This document shows, piece after piece, positions 17,768 through 32,844 of a DNA stretch of 64,000 bases (position 1 is the stretch's first letter; every line of letters starts with the position of its first letter). The stretch is from the human T2T-CHM13v2.0 reference genome, Homo sapiens: the NCBI RefSeq assembly GCF_009914755.1, contig NC_060925.1. One strand, 5' to 3'. The position numbers were made by a program, and so were the translations under genes. The notes under the pieces were generated by a model. It worked only from the letters and a program-made list of their open reading frames with translations, searched no databases and was not told where the DNA came from.

Positions 17768-19018
17768 ATTACATTTTCCTTGACTACCCACTTGGGCTAA
17801 AACTTCTAAACCTCATTATCTTAAGGATGATGTTAGTTCAATTTCCTTATTTTATACGAAGGCAAATAAGTCTCAGAAAAGTTAAGTGACTTCCACAGGA
17901 TCATAGTTAGTGCCAATTTCCATTTCACCTTTAAACCAAGACAAGCACACATCAGGTGCCTTCACATATAAAAGAGAATACAGGTCTCTGATTCTCATTT
18001 AAACGCTACTAAGTTCCACAATGTGTTAAGAACTCATCATGCTTGTGGCTCTGTTTTTGTTTTTGTTTTTTTCCAAGTGAGCTAAAAAAAAAAAAAAAAG
18101 TGGGAGACAATGGAAAACAAACTGGAGAAGAGGGCATTCTGTACTACAGCATGTCTGAAAATCTGTTCATTTTCTGAAATTTTTTAATGCAAAACATCAG
18201 ATCTCTAACTGTCAAAAAGCCTGCTCAGAAGGAAGCAGCTAGTTAAGGAACTTTGTTTAGGATTTTTATTCCAACTGGTTCATATGGTAACTTGGATTCA
18301 AGCAAGACTTTTACAGCAGTGAGATCTTTATCTAGAAATAGCAAGTACAAAACGCTTGTGTCTTGCCAGTCTATGCAGAGCCAGCTCAAAGGGACAGACT
18401 GAAATAGTCATCATCTTCTTACATGATCATTAAACTGGGTATGTTTACATGACTGTCTGTTGTCAATTGCTCTGGGAAAACAAACAAACACAGTGTAAAT
18501 ATTTTGTTTCTCTCTAAGGATGTAACAAAGAAAGAGAGAAAGAAAGAGGGATAGAAAAACTTGCATTAGGAGCCCCTGATATTTGAGCATACATTTTTTT
18601 TTCTTTTTGTACCCCTCCCACCTCATAAACATGTTATGTGTTTCCTAATGAACTAGCTCCGCAAATATCACAGGTGAGGGAGGGGATAGGAAAGGCTCCA
18701 GTCTGTCAGGTGTCAAATGTCTCCTCTAATAGTGTGGCTGAACACAGGTGAGAGAAGTATAATCCAAGATAGGGAGACCCAACCCTTACATTCATGGCAC
18801 CCACATCCCAGTCTTATTGGTTATAGAAGGGAAGAGGAAGCTGTGGTGTTAACTAGCTGAGTCACAGCTAACTGCCATGAAGTGGTCTACCTAAGTAAGA
18901 ACCCAAGTAGTTTGTGTGACCCAAGATCCTTCCAGTTATCCATCTGCCTTTTCAGACTTCTCAGAACCAAGACTCAGAAGAAGGATATTATTGTATGTGT
19001 AGAGGTTTGATTGGAGAC

Positions 19019-19383
19019 GGCATTAGTCTTCTCTCACGCTGCTAATAAAGACATACTTGAGACTGGGTAATTTACAAAGGAAAGAGGTTTAATGGACTCA
19101 CAGTTCCACATGGCTGGGGAGGCCTCACAATCATGGCAGAAGGCAAAGAAAAAGCAAAGTCATGTCTTACATGGTGGCAGGCAAGAGTGTGTGTGTAGGG
19201 GAACTGCCTTTTATAAAACCATCAGAACTCATAAGACTTATTCATTATCATGAGAACAGCATGGGAAAGATTCGCCCCCATGATTCAATTACCTCCCACC
19301 TGGTCCCTCCCATGGCACGTGGGAATTATGGGAGCTACAAATTCAAGATGAGATTTGGGTGGGGACACAGCCAAACCATATCA
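19019..19383 (-). mobile_element. THE1 (C/D-like) solo LTR
   Basis: MaLR termini; 5-bp TSD gagac (19014-19018, 19384-19388). Confidence 0.9.
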
Positions 19384-19811
19384 GAGACAAACACTACTTA
19401 ACAAGGGTAAGGTTGTTGCCAAGGTCAGAGAACTGATATCTGAGAAGGCAGTGGAAATGGTCTTGTTCCTCATCAACTTCCTGCAGCAAAGACTCAAGAG
19501 AAGTAACTCCAGACAACATAAATAGCCAGCAGCATGCCTGTTTACTCCTGCTTGCTTGGAAGACAAAGAATGCTGTGCTTTATTCAGGAAGATCAAGCAT
19601 TTTAGCTAGAGGATAAGAACGCTGCTGGATTAAAATTTTCTGGTGCAGCCTTCTTCTATTGAATATGTATGATAAAAGATAAGAATCTGTGGCCATATGG
19701 CCAGAGGAAGCAACATGAGGAAGTGAAACAAGCCAAGGTGGCAATTGTTGGAAGTCTAGAGCTATAGACTGGAAGGCTAGGAAACTGGGGATGGCTGTGG
19801 GGATAGGAGGC

Positions 19812-22159
<2,348 letters not shown>

Positions 22160-22339
22160 GATAGGAGGCATTTTAGTCCTGCTAAGGATAGCTAGGACAG
22201 TTGTGCAGGGCACCTGACAAACACTTCACCTTCTTTGTCTGACAGTGAGAAAACAAAAGTTTCAGGGACTGAAGGGGACTAGGCTGTTCCTTAAGCTAGA
22301 ATCCTCCTCCTTTGTCTAATAACCAGAAAACCTATGGTC

Positions 22340-22427
22340 CCTCTCTCCTTCTTTCCTTCTTCCCTCCTTCCTCACCTCTACCCCCTCCTCTCTCCCTCCC
22401 TCCTTCCCTCCCTTCTTTCCTTCCTCT
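22340..22427. repeat. Polypyrimidine (CCTT/CCCT)n tract
   Basis: Direct inspection. Confidence 0.8.
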
Positions 22428-23877
22428 CAGAAAGCTCTACGATAGTGTTAGAAACACTTCCACATGCCTTCCCTTGTGCAGTAATGCATCTGACCCTATT
22501 AGGAGGCTCTTGATCTGTTACTCAGTAATCAGCACCTCCATCCTGACAATGCTAATGCTTGGAGATATAAGCAATATTCCTTACATATATTTATTTACAG
22601 CTTCATAAAATAGACAGAAGGGTCAAGCTAGGTGAGGTGAATGATCTTAAAGTGTCCCGCCATTTCTCACACATGAAGTTGCTTTGAAATTAATACAAGA
22701 GGCAGGATCTCAGAGCATGATAATTTCCCACAACCTCAGGCACCTGATCTATGCTAACATACCAAATGAGTACAATCTAATGTTAACACAAACATGATGA
22801 GCTTTACAGTTAAATATTTTGTTAACTCCTAAATACAATAAAAGGGATTTCTAAAAGAACCTCAGGAAACACGTGGTAACTTTGCAGAGTTAGAAAGTTG
22901 TGAAAGGGCTATGTAGAATGTACTCCCTCTTTAGGCCCATGTCCTTCTGTGCCTCTCCCTAGACTGTGACCTCCTGTTTGGCAGTCCTAGAGCATGAAGA
23001 AATGAATAAAGGCTCAAGATAGCAAGATTGAACATCACCACACCGGAACTCCTTGAAAGTGTGGCCTCTTCATCTCCCATTTTTCTTTTTCCACAGGCTA
23101 ACAGGTACATGGTTAAGCAGGCCCTCAGCTAGCTAGTGATAAATCAATGACACAACTTCCACCCATCCCTCCCAAAGCTATGATTCTGAGATGTCTAAGC
23201 AACACTAGAACAGAGATAATGCAACTTCTGTCATTATGCATGCTTCTAAATATCATCAAATCTATTTTATTTTCGTGTGTATTGTTTCTGACCAATTTCC
23301 AGTAGATTCCACCTTTCCTGGAATGGTCAGCTTTTTTCAGTAGATTCCATCGTGCCTGGAATGATGAAAGAACACCACATCCCTTAATGGCACAATTGAA
23401 TTGTACTCAGGAAATGCAGTTATTTTAATATTATTGCAAACCAAAGATAATTAAGAATATGAATTTTCCCAGGAAAATATCACATGACTTACTGCAGAAC
23501 GAAACAGAAATGAATCTCAGTTTACTTGATGATTTGGTTTATCTACTTCACCTTCCATTAGTTAATTTAAATGTTTAATATTTAAGACATCTAAAAATCA
23601 ACAGGAACTTTCTACTTTTAATTCTGGTATTTCAGCATCTTGAAGGCATAGCATGGTGAAAGCAAATTAGGGGCATGAACTGATCAAGACCTGGACTAAC
23701 TCCCACAAAACAAAATAAACAAAACAATACCCTAGACCTTATAATTCTCCATTTTAGTTTTGGCTTAAATATATTAGTTCAGAGAAGATAACTACAGATG
23801 GGGGAATCTACTCTATGACCATGATATTTACACTGTGTGATACCAATCCATGTAACAAAACTGGTTTTTGGCCAGAC

Positions 23878-23932
23878 TATACATATATATGCATACGTAC
23901 ATGCATACATATACATACATACATACATATAT
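23878..23932. repeat. (TACA)n/(TA)n microsatellite
   Basis: atacatacatacatacat run. Confidence 0.85.
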
Positions 23933-25226
23933 AATTTAATCTTTTTTTGTTGTTTTTGTTTTTAAGGTCCTCTATGTGCCACTAGTGATTTTTCATGGAA
24001 AGAAAGGCTGAGGTGCCAAGCAGAGTTGTAATTAGGAGGTAAAACACCCAGGACCTGGCAAGGGACTCAGGCTGGCAGACCTAGGAAGAGGGCAGCAGAG
24101 GAGCAGCAGGGGTTTGAGCTTGGCAGGGGCGAGGAGACAGGGCTTTCTTCTCCACCTTCGCACATGAAATCTACCTCTCTTCAGTGATTTCTGGAAAATG
24201 CATCAAGTATGTGGTTGCCATCTGTAGAGATTCCTGTCCTTAATGCAAAACAATGACAACTGCAATAACGTACAAGCGGCACACAGTCTGGAAACATCCT
24301 CAGGATTTTCTGAGGAAGGCTAATTAATACACTAAATTGTCAGGAATTTTACAGGTATTATCGTCAATCCAACAACTAGGCAAACAACATGCATAAAACT
24401 TGTACTAAATTCTTAAGCTGGAAAAAAATTGAGCAACTTTTTAAAAATCTCAAGCTTGTGTATTTTTCTATTCCTTCATAAGGACATCATTAAAATAGTC
24501 ATGTTCTTTCATAAAAACAATAATGTCAACAACAAGCTAACAGCCATGCAACACAATCTAGTTATGTTATTTGTAGCCTAAGCTATGTTAACTATGAAGA
24601 GTAATACTAAGGAAACTTTAAACTTAAGATACAAATAAAATATTGTATTATTTCTGATTTAGCTCATTCAAAATCTACATATGTTAAATGTTCTTGATAT
24701 TTGATTTTGTAGAAAAGAAACACATTTAAATCTTCAGGTAATTATTTATGTTACTTAGATCAAATGTAGGATTCAAAAAAATAATTTAACATTTTTTGTA
24801 CAGTATTTATTAATTAAAAATTAAAATACATTTAAGATACCATATCAGGATGTAAAATGTAATCAAAGTGATTGATTTTTCCTATTGTGATTTCCTTGTT
24901 CCACTTACACTGTTTCCCTCACCCCCTATCCTAACAGCACATCTTAAAATCACCTGTTTCTCATTGTTTTATTATTACTTTATAGTTATTATATTTTAGT
25001 TATTACATTTAACATTTTGATCCATCTTGAATTTTGATGTGTCACATGATGCCCCAATTTTTAAAAATGATTAATCAGTTGCCTAGCCCCATTGACTTGT
25101 GATGCCTCCTTACCAGATTTTTATGTACACTTGAGTCTGTTCCATGACTATGACATTTCTTTAATTTTTATGTCTATTCTTACACTAGTACCACTTTAAT
25201 TATTAAAGTATCATATTGTATGTGTG

Positions 25227-25500
25227 TTTTGTTTTTTTTTTGAGACAGGGTGTCTCTCTCTGTCACCCAGGCTGGAGTGCAGTGGCATGATCTTGGCTCA
25301 CTGCAACCTCTGCCTCCCAGGTCCAGGGTAGCTGGGACTACAGGCATGTGCCACCATGCCCAGCTAAGTTTTATATTTTTAGTAGAGTCAGGGTTTTGCT
25401 ATGCTGCCCAGGCTGGTCTTGAACTCCTGACCTCAAGTAATCCTCCTGCCTCAGCCTCCCAAAGTGGTGGGATTACAGGAATTAGCCACCATGCCTGGCC
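25227..25500 (-). mobile_element. Alu (S/Jb) with a small internal deletion
   Basis: Antisense dimer; ctcccaggtccagggtagctggg lacks about 23 bp of consensus. Confidence 0.88.
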
Positions 25501-25984
25501 TAATATTCTGTTTTAATGTTACAATAAGTGACATTCTCTGACCAAACACTATCCCTTCTTTTTCAAAGTGTTCTTGGCTATTTTCATCTACATATTCTTG
25601 AATCTAGGCAAACTTTAACTTACTTCCCAAGCAAAAAATCCTTTTAGAATTTGATTGGAACAATATTAAATACAGGATATTGAAATTAATAATTAGTATA
25701 TAATATGAAAGAGTATTAAATATATAAATTTAGAAAAAATAGAAATCTTGACAGTATATAATAAGTAATGATTACCCAGATTACATACCCTTTTATCTTG
25801 TTTTATGTCTCTAAGTTTTACTATTTTCCTTGTGTTGTTCCTATAACTGTTTTAATAAAAATTTTTCCAAGGCATTTTATATTTGCATAAGATTTAAAAA
25901 ATATATTTGCTAACAGATTATTGATGCTATATAAAATAAAAATGGATTTTTCCACTTAATTTGCCCATTAGTTATTGTATTATT

Positions 25985-26093
25985 AAAGACTAGTCAAGTG
26001 CAATAGTGAGAAGGCAGGGGAAGGGTAGAACAAAGAGTTCGACCTGTAACTGACTGTAATCAACTGAGAAAACTCAGTACCTTTGGACTAGCC
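25985..26093 (-). pseudogene. Y1 RNA (RNY1) retropseudogene
   Basis: Minus strand GGCTAGTCCAAAGGTACTGAG...CACTTGACTAGTCTTT aligns end to end with hY1, with a 4-nt deletion. Short A-rich tail (25974-25984). 12-bp TSD tgcccattagtt at 25962-25973 and 26094-26105. Confidence 0.93.
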
Positions 26094-26204
26094 TGCCCAT
26101 TAGTTTCAATATTATTCTATTTGATTGCCTTGAGATTTCTAATTAAATGATTTAATAAGGCAAATAACATGATTTTGTTCTCTTCTTTTCCAACAGTTAT
26201 TCTT

Positions 26205-27030
<826 letters not shown>

Positions 27031-28140
27031 TGATAATTAAAAAAATTTTTTTTTCCCTTTATTTTAACTTTATTTTTAACCTCTGGAAGAAACTTGTGAT
27101 GATTTTTAATAGAAATACTTTCATGCTTTTGTATTGATCATTGATTAATATTTATCATATTTTAAAGCTACATGTGAATTCACATTAACAAGACAAAGAG
27201 AACATGGGCATAAAATATACTAAAATGGACAATATAGCTTTTGGCCAAAACCCCAGGGAAAGCTGTTGCATATCATTAATACGAATGTGTTAGAAGAGAT
27301 GAGAAAGCATGTACTGCTGATGTGAAAACATATATGCTATAGCAATCTGGGACACTATGAACCTCAGTCAGAGCTGGCTCAGGCACAAAGTGTTGCTGAT
27401 GCTGCAGAAGCTCTGCTGGCTATGCTGGTAATGGTGCTCAGCTTATCTCTGGGCTTCAGTATCCTGGGCTAACTAATCAATCAGATGAGTATTATGGTGG
27501 GGGTGAGAAGAGGTGTGAAGTGGGAGAAGAGAGCAGCTCTATGGCCACACAGGCCATTACTGGTGGGAAGGGAGGCCCTGAAGGGAGGTGAGGGTCACAG
27601 TTGTGAAGCGGTAGACATTTTTGACAACTCTCAGTTCTTGCACATTTCTGTCCAGGGCCAACCCTATCACTTTAAGTTGAAACAGGTGTCATGGGAGACA
27701 CTACTCAAGCAAGGTTCACAGGTGCCTCCATGGTTTTAAAACAAGTTCACAAATTCTTAAGACATTCTTCCCAGGAATGGGAAGACTAATTTCCTTTCCC
27801 TTGAATATGGGCCAGTTTTAGTGGCTCACTTCTAACCAAAAAAAAACCTGTGATGGAAGTGATGCTGAGTGACTTCGAGGCTAGCTTGAAAAAGACAATG
27901 CAGCTTCCACCTGGTTCTCCCTCTCTCGCTGCCTGCCACCAGCCCCTCCACACACACTGGGCAACCTGAGCCAACATGAACATGGAGGAAGCCTGGCAAC
28001 TCTGATTCTGCCATACTGGAGAGACCACATGGCATGTCCACACAGTGATGAAGAGAGAGGCCTGTGGAGCCTCACTGTGCCAGCCTCTAGTTAGTTATCC
28101 GAGTCTTCCCAGTATCAACTGCCGGATATTTAAATAATTA

Positions 28141-29385
28141 TAGTTGACCCTTGAACAACATGGGTTTGAACTGAGGGGGGTCCATTTATATGCAGATCTT
28201 CTTCTGCTTCTGCCACCCCTGAGACAGCAAGATCGACCCCTCCTCTTCCTTCTCCTCCTCAGCCTACCCAATCTGAAGACATGGATAAGATCTTTATGAT
28301 AATCCACTTCCACTTAATGAACAGTAAATATATTTTCCTTATGATTTGCTTAATAACATTTTCTTTCTCTAACTTACTTTATTATAAGATTAAAATAGAT
28401 AAGACATACAATACAAAATATGTGTTAATGCACTTTATGTTATTGGTAAGGCTTCCAGGCAACAGTAGGCTATTTGTAGTTAAGTTTTGGGGGAGTCAAA
28501 AGTTATATGCAGTTTTTTTGTGCCAATGTATTTAATCTCTTAAATGTTCAATGTAAAGTTATAAAATTTTAATAAACACATAAGCATAGTTTACCACTAA
28601 ATACAGATTAACCATTAATGTTAGGACTTCTATTTGTTTCATGTAATTTGTTCTCATTAACTCCTTATTTCTCACAACAAATCTAACAGACGGCAATTTG
28701 GAACTTCTCACAATAGCAAAGACACGGAATCAACCCAAATGCCCATCAATGGTGAACTGGATAAAGAAAATGTGGTACATATACACTATGTACTACTATG
28801 CAGCCATAAAAAAGAATGAAATCATGTCCTTCGCCGCAACATGGATGCAGCTGGAGGCCATTATCCTAAGTGAATTAATGCAGAAACAGAAAACCAAATA
28901 CCAGCATCTTCTCACTTATATGTGGGAGCTAAACATTGTGTGCACAGGGATGCAAAAAGGGCAACAACAGACACTGGGGCTTACTAGAGGGTGGAGGGTT
29001 GGTGGAGGAGGATGAGGATCAAACAACTAACTTTATGCTCAGTACCTGGGTGATGAACTCATTTGTACACCAAACTACAGCAACATGCAATTTACCCTGT
29101 AACCAACCTGAACATGGACCCCCTGAACCTAAAATAAAAACTAGAAGAAAAAAATTTTAGGGCTCCTTAAAATGGCTCTTTATGAGATTAAAATAATTGG
29201 CTGAATTTCTATTTAAGGGTGAAATTTGCTCAAGAATGTAGAGGTTTAAAATCTATTTGCCATCTGAGAACATTCTGTAGTTCTTCCACTTTTTGGAAGA
29301 TGAGCCTAATGACAGGAAATGACTGCAGACTTCTGACTGTGTGAAAGTTGATGCACTGACCCCTGTGCTGTTCAAGGGTCAACTG
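28141..29385. mobile_element. Tigger2a (TcMar-Tigger), split by an ~810 bp insert
   Basis: Terminal inverted repeats (t)agttgacccttgaacaac and gctgttcaagggtcaactg, flanked by TA. Confidence 0.85.
28705..29155 (+). mobile_element. L1PB/old L1PA 3' end fragment
   Basis: ORF2 C-terminus (TIAKTRNQPKCPS...WIKKMWYIYT), 3' UTR and A tail. Confidence 0.85.
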
Positions 29386-32068
29386 TATTCTAGTCCTCTT
29401 TGAGCAACCCCAGCTGACACCAAGCAAAGCAGAGACATGTTATACCACCAAGTCCTGCTTAAATTGCAAATTCACGAGCAAATTAAATGCTGCCATTGCT
29501 TTAACCCACTACGTTTTGGAATAATTTGTTGTGCAGCATTAAATAACCAGAACAGGGATCAAGATGATCCTGGAGGAAGATCTATTTTTAAAGGGCTCTT
29601 AGATTTTTAGGTATGATATACTGATACCTAGATACTTTTGTTGAGCAGACTAGGGTAAGCCAAAATATAACTTCTTATGAGAAATTAGTAGTGAAGGTGA
29701 ATAAAAAGCTTTATAACAGGATGGTAATTAAAAGGATGGGTATTGAACTCAAAACAGACCAAATCTGATTTGAAATAACTCGTCTTCACTAAGTCTGTGA
29801 TCTTAGTCACGGTATTTAACTTCTTTGAACTCCAACTAGCTCATTTGAAAACTGTGATAATATCAAATTCATAGAGTTGTAAAAATTAAGTGAGCTGATA
29901 AAAATGCTTAATTAATGGTGACTATTATAATCAGTCATTGTTATTTCTGCAGTTTTACTATCTTTGCATTCTGCCATAATTAGCAGGGGTGGAATATGAA
30001 TGTTCCAGCTTAGGCTGATTACCAAGCATCCTTCTGTAAAGACAATTCGCCAACTAATCAGGAATTTCCCACTGTACCCTTTACCTTTTCTGCATTCTGC
30101 TAGAACTGTGGAAGCTAAAGAAAAACATCAAATATCACCCTGGGAAGCCAACAACTTAAACATCCTAAACTGAGTAACATGCGAGTAAATGTCATAGGAC
30201 TGCAGCTTCCCAAGTGTCTGACACAGTTCTGATCTCTCAGCTCTCTGCCAGGGGGCTACAAAGCTGTGAAAAAGGCTTCCATTACATCCCTGGCTGCTAC
30301 AGAGATTCCTGCACATTATACGTATCATCAGTATTTAGTAGTCAATACACTATACATGACACTCTTCTCTTGTTTCTTATATCTGTTTTCTTAAACTATC
30401 TGCTCTTCAAGACAAATTTTAATCATCTAGTTACTACACATTGAAAAGTGCTTTCGATGTAAAATTTAGAAAGAATTCAACATACAGTTCAGCTAACACT
30501 TATTGTGTGTCTATTAGGACCCAGGCACAATCAGCTGGAAACTGTCAAAGTGAAATTTAACTCAGGGAGAGTGACCTAGCATCTTGTAAGAATAACAAGA
30601 CAATTTTTCCGTAATGAATGGAGTTTTTACTAATTTTCCTACTTTAAGATATTTAAAATTTTTCAGACTGATAGAAAAGCAAAGAATTAATTCATAATGC
30701 TAATAAGACTACAGCATTTTAAATACATGTGTTCTAAAACAGTTCAGATAGTAGCCTTTGATATGATGTGTCATAGTTCTACATAAAGAAGTTCATACTT
30801 TTCTGAAAGGAACTCAGAATTCTACTTGGGAACCTGGATGATGATCCAGGTCAAAACAAAACAAAAGCTGACATGGGCTTTAAAAGCCTTTAGTTTTACA
30901 TAAATTTTGCCTAGCTTATTAAGATTTTTTTCTATTATTTTCCACAATAATGAATATTGAGGATGTATCTGATATTTATGAGCATTAAACAGCATAAAAA
31001 GAAAAACAAAATATCATTGCATAATTAAGGTACTTTTAATTTTTGTTATACTTTTTCCAAATCAACAACATGCTTTTTCCCTTAAGGAAAAGTCTGATTT
31101 TTTTAGCGGGGTGAGCCCTGAGTCAGATCTTCAATCTTCTTTGGAATTCCAAACACCTCCATGCTCTTTTGCTATTAGCCTCTCTCCTCTACAACTTTCC
31201 AAAATCCCTCTGAAACTGATGTGCAAGACCCACTCACATTGTGAGCTCACAGGGGTCTAATCAGAGGTGAGTAGCCGGGAAAGACTGTTATATGGGTCTA
31301 TGAATTATCTTCTGAGACTTGGAAGTTTATTTTTCATCCCTGACCCTATACAGGACTACTCTCAATAATTCCAGTCTTTGAAGGGGCTGGAGAATGTTAT
31401 GTAAAATTACTCAAGCTTTAACTTTTCATGGGTCAGAAATACCCAGGGGCTTTGGTTTTTAATGTAACTTCCTTAGATAAAAGTCAGTTTCCTTTTTCCA
31501 ATCCGGGAAGTGGACGTCTGTAATACAACATAAATTACAAAGTTTCTGATTTTACTGTCTAGACACCATCAACCCCCTTAACACTACCTTCTCTGTCAAA
31601 AGTCTGGGCAGGGCCCAAAAAAAACTGATGTCCAACTAAGCTCGGAAATGTATTTCTTCCAACTAAAGCTGGCAGGATTCTGGTGAGCACATTTGAAGCC
31701 AACAAAAAGCAGGATTGGAAAATTAAGAATGGTTAAGAGAGAAAGAGGGCAAGTACAAAACTCACAAATTCACAAGGCTCAATGGCATCAACCACTTGGA
31801 AAGTTTCCATCTCCACCCCAACTTCTAAATAAAGTGGCATGTCAGCCCTGCAGATAAATGCTGAAATTTTTAGAGCCTCACTATCCTCGGTGAAGGCTCC
31901 ATGTCTGACAGATGCAGATAATAACAGAATTAAAGCACACGCTCAATAGGATAGCAATACTCACCTGGATTTTTACAGCACTTCTCTGAGCTCAAAGTCA
32001 TCCTCACAGCACACAAGGAAGGAAAGATTACATACAGTATTGAGAAAGGAGGTAAGAAATCAGTTGCT

Positions 32069-32416
<348 letters not shown>

Positions 32417-32844
32417 TTACCCCTCTCAGATCACTCAATTGCTTTACTCCAAGCCAGCTGAATAAACACTACTTTATCCTAATAATAGCAGTAGTAATAA
32501 TAGTAATGACAGCTATCAGCAAGTGACTACTATGTGCTAGGCACTACACCAATGTTTCATATTTATTATTCTCACAACAGTATACCTTTCAACTTTATGT
32601 TTGCCATACAGCAGGATTCAGCAGAAGAAAGATCTGTCTTATATCACATCTAAAGAAGATTAGTTTCAGAAATTCCGAAAGAATAGTTTTGATGATATCT
32701 TCCTTATAAACTGCACTTTATAAAGACTTTTCATATATATTTTTTCATTTCATCGCCGTGAAAGTCTTGAGTGGTAGGAATCATTACCCATATTTCATCT
32801 ATGAGAAAACTAGGCCCAGAAAGATGGTGACCAAAGCCACAAAC

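Larger units (their letters stand above)
27720..29554 (+). mobile_element. MLT1 (F/G/H-like) LTR split by Tigger2a
   Basis: 5' part cccttgaatatgggccag... up to 28140; 3' part 29388-29554 ends gcagcattaaataaccagaaca. Confidence 0.7.

Noticed and set aside
23300-23363. CRISPR-like palindromic repeat and spacer
   Set aside because: Only two imperfect units with a 12-bp gap in mammalian DNA and no cas genes; kept only as a tandem duplication.
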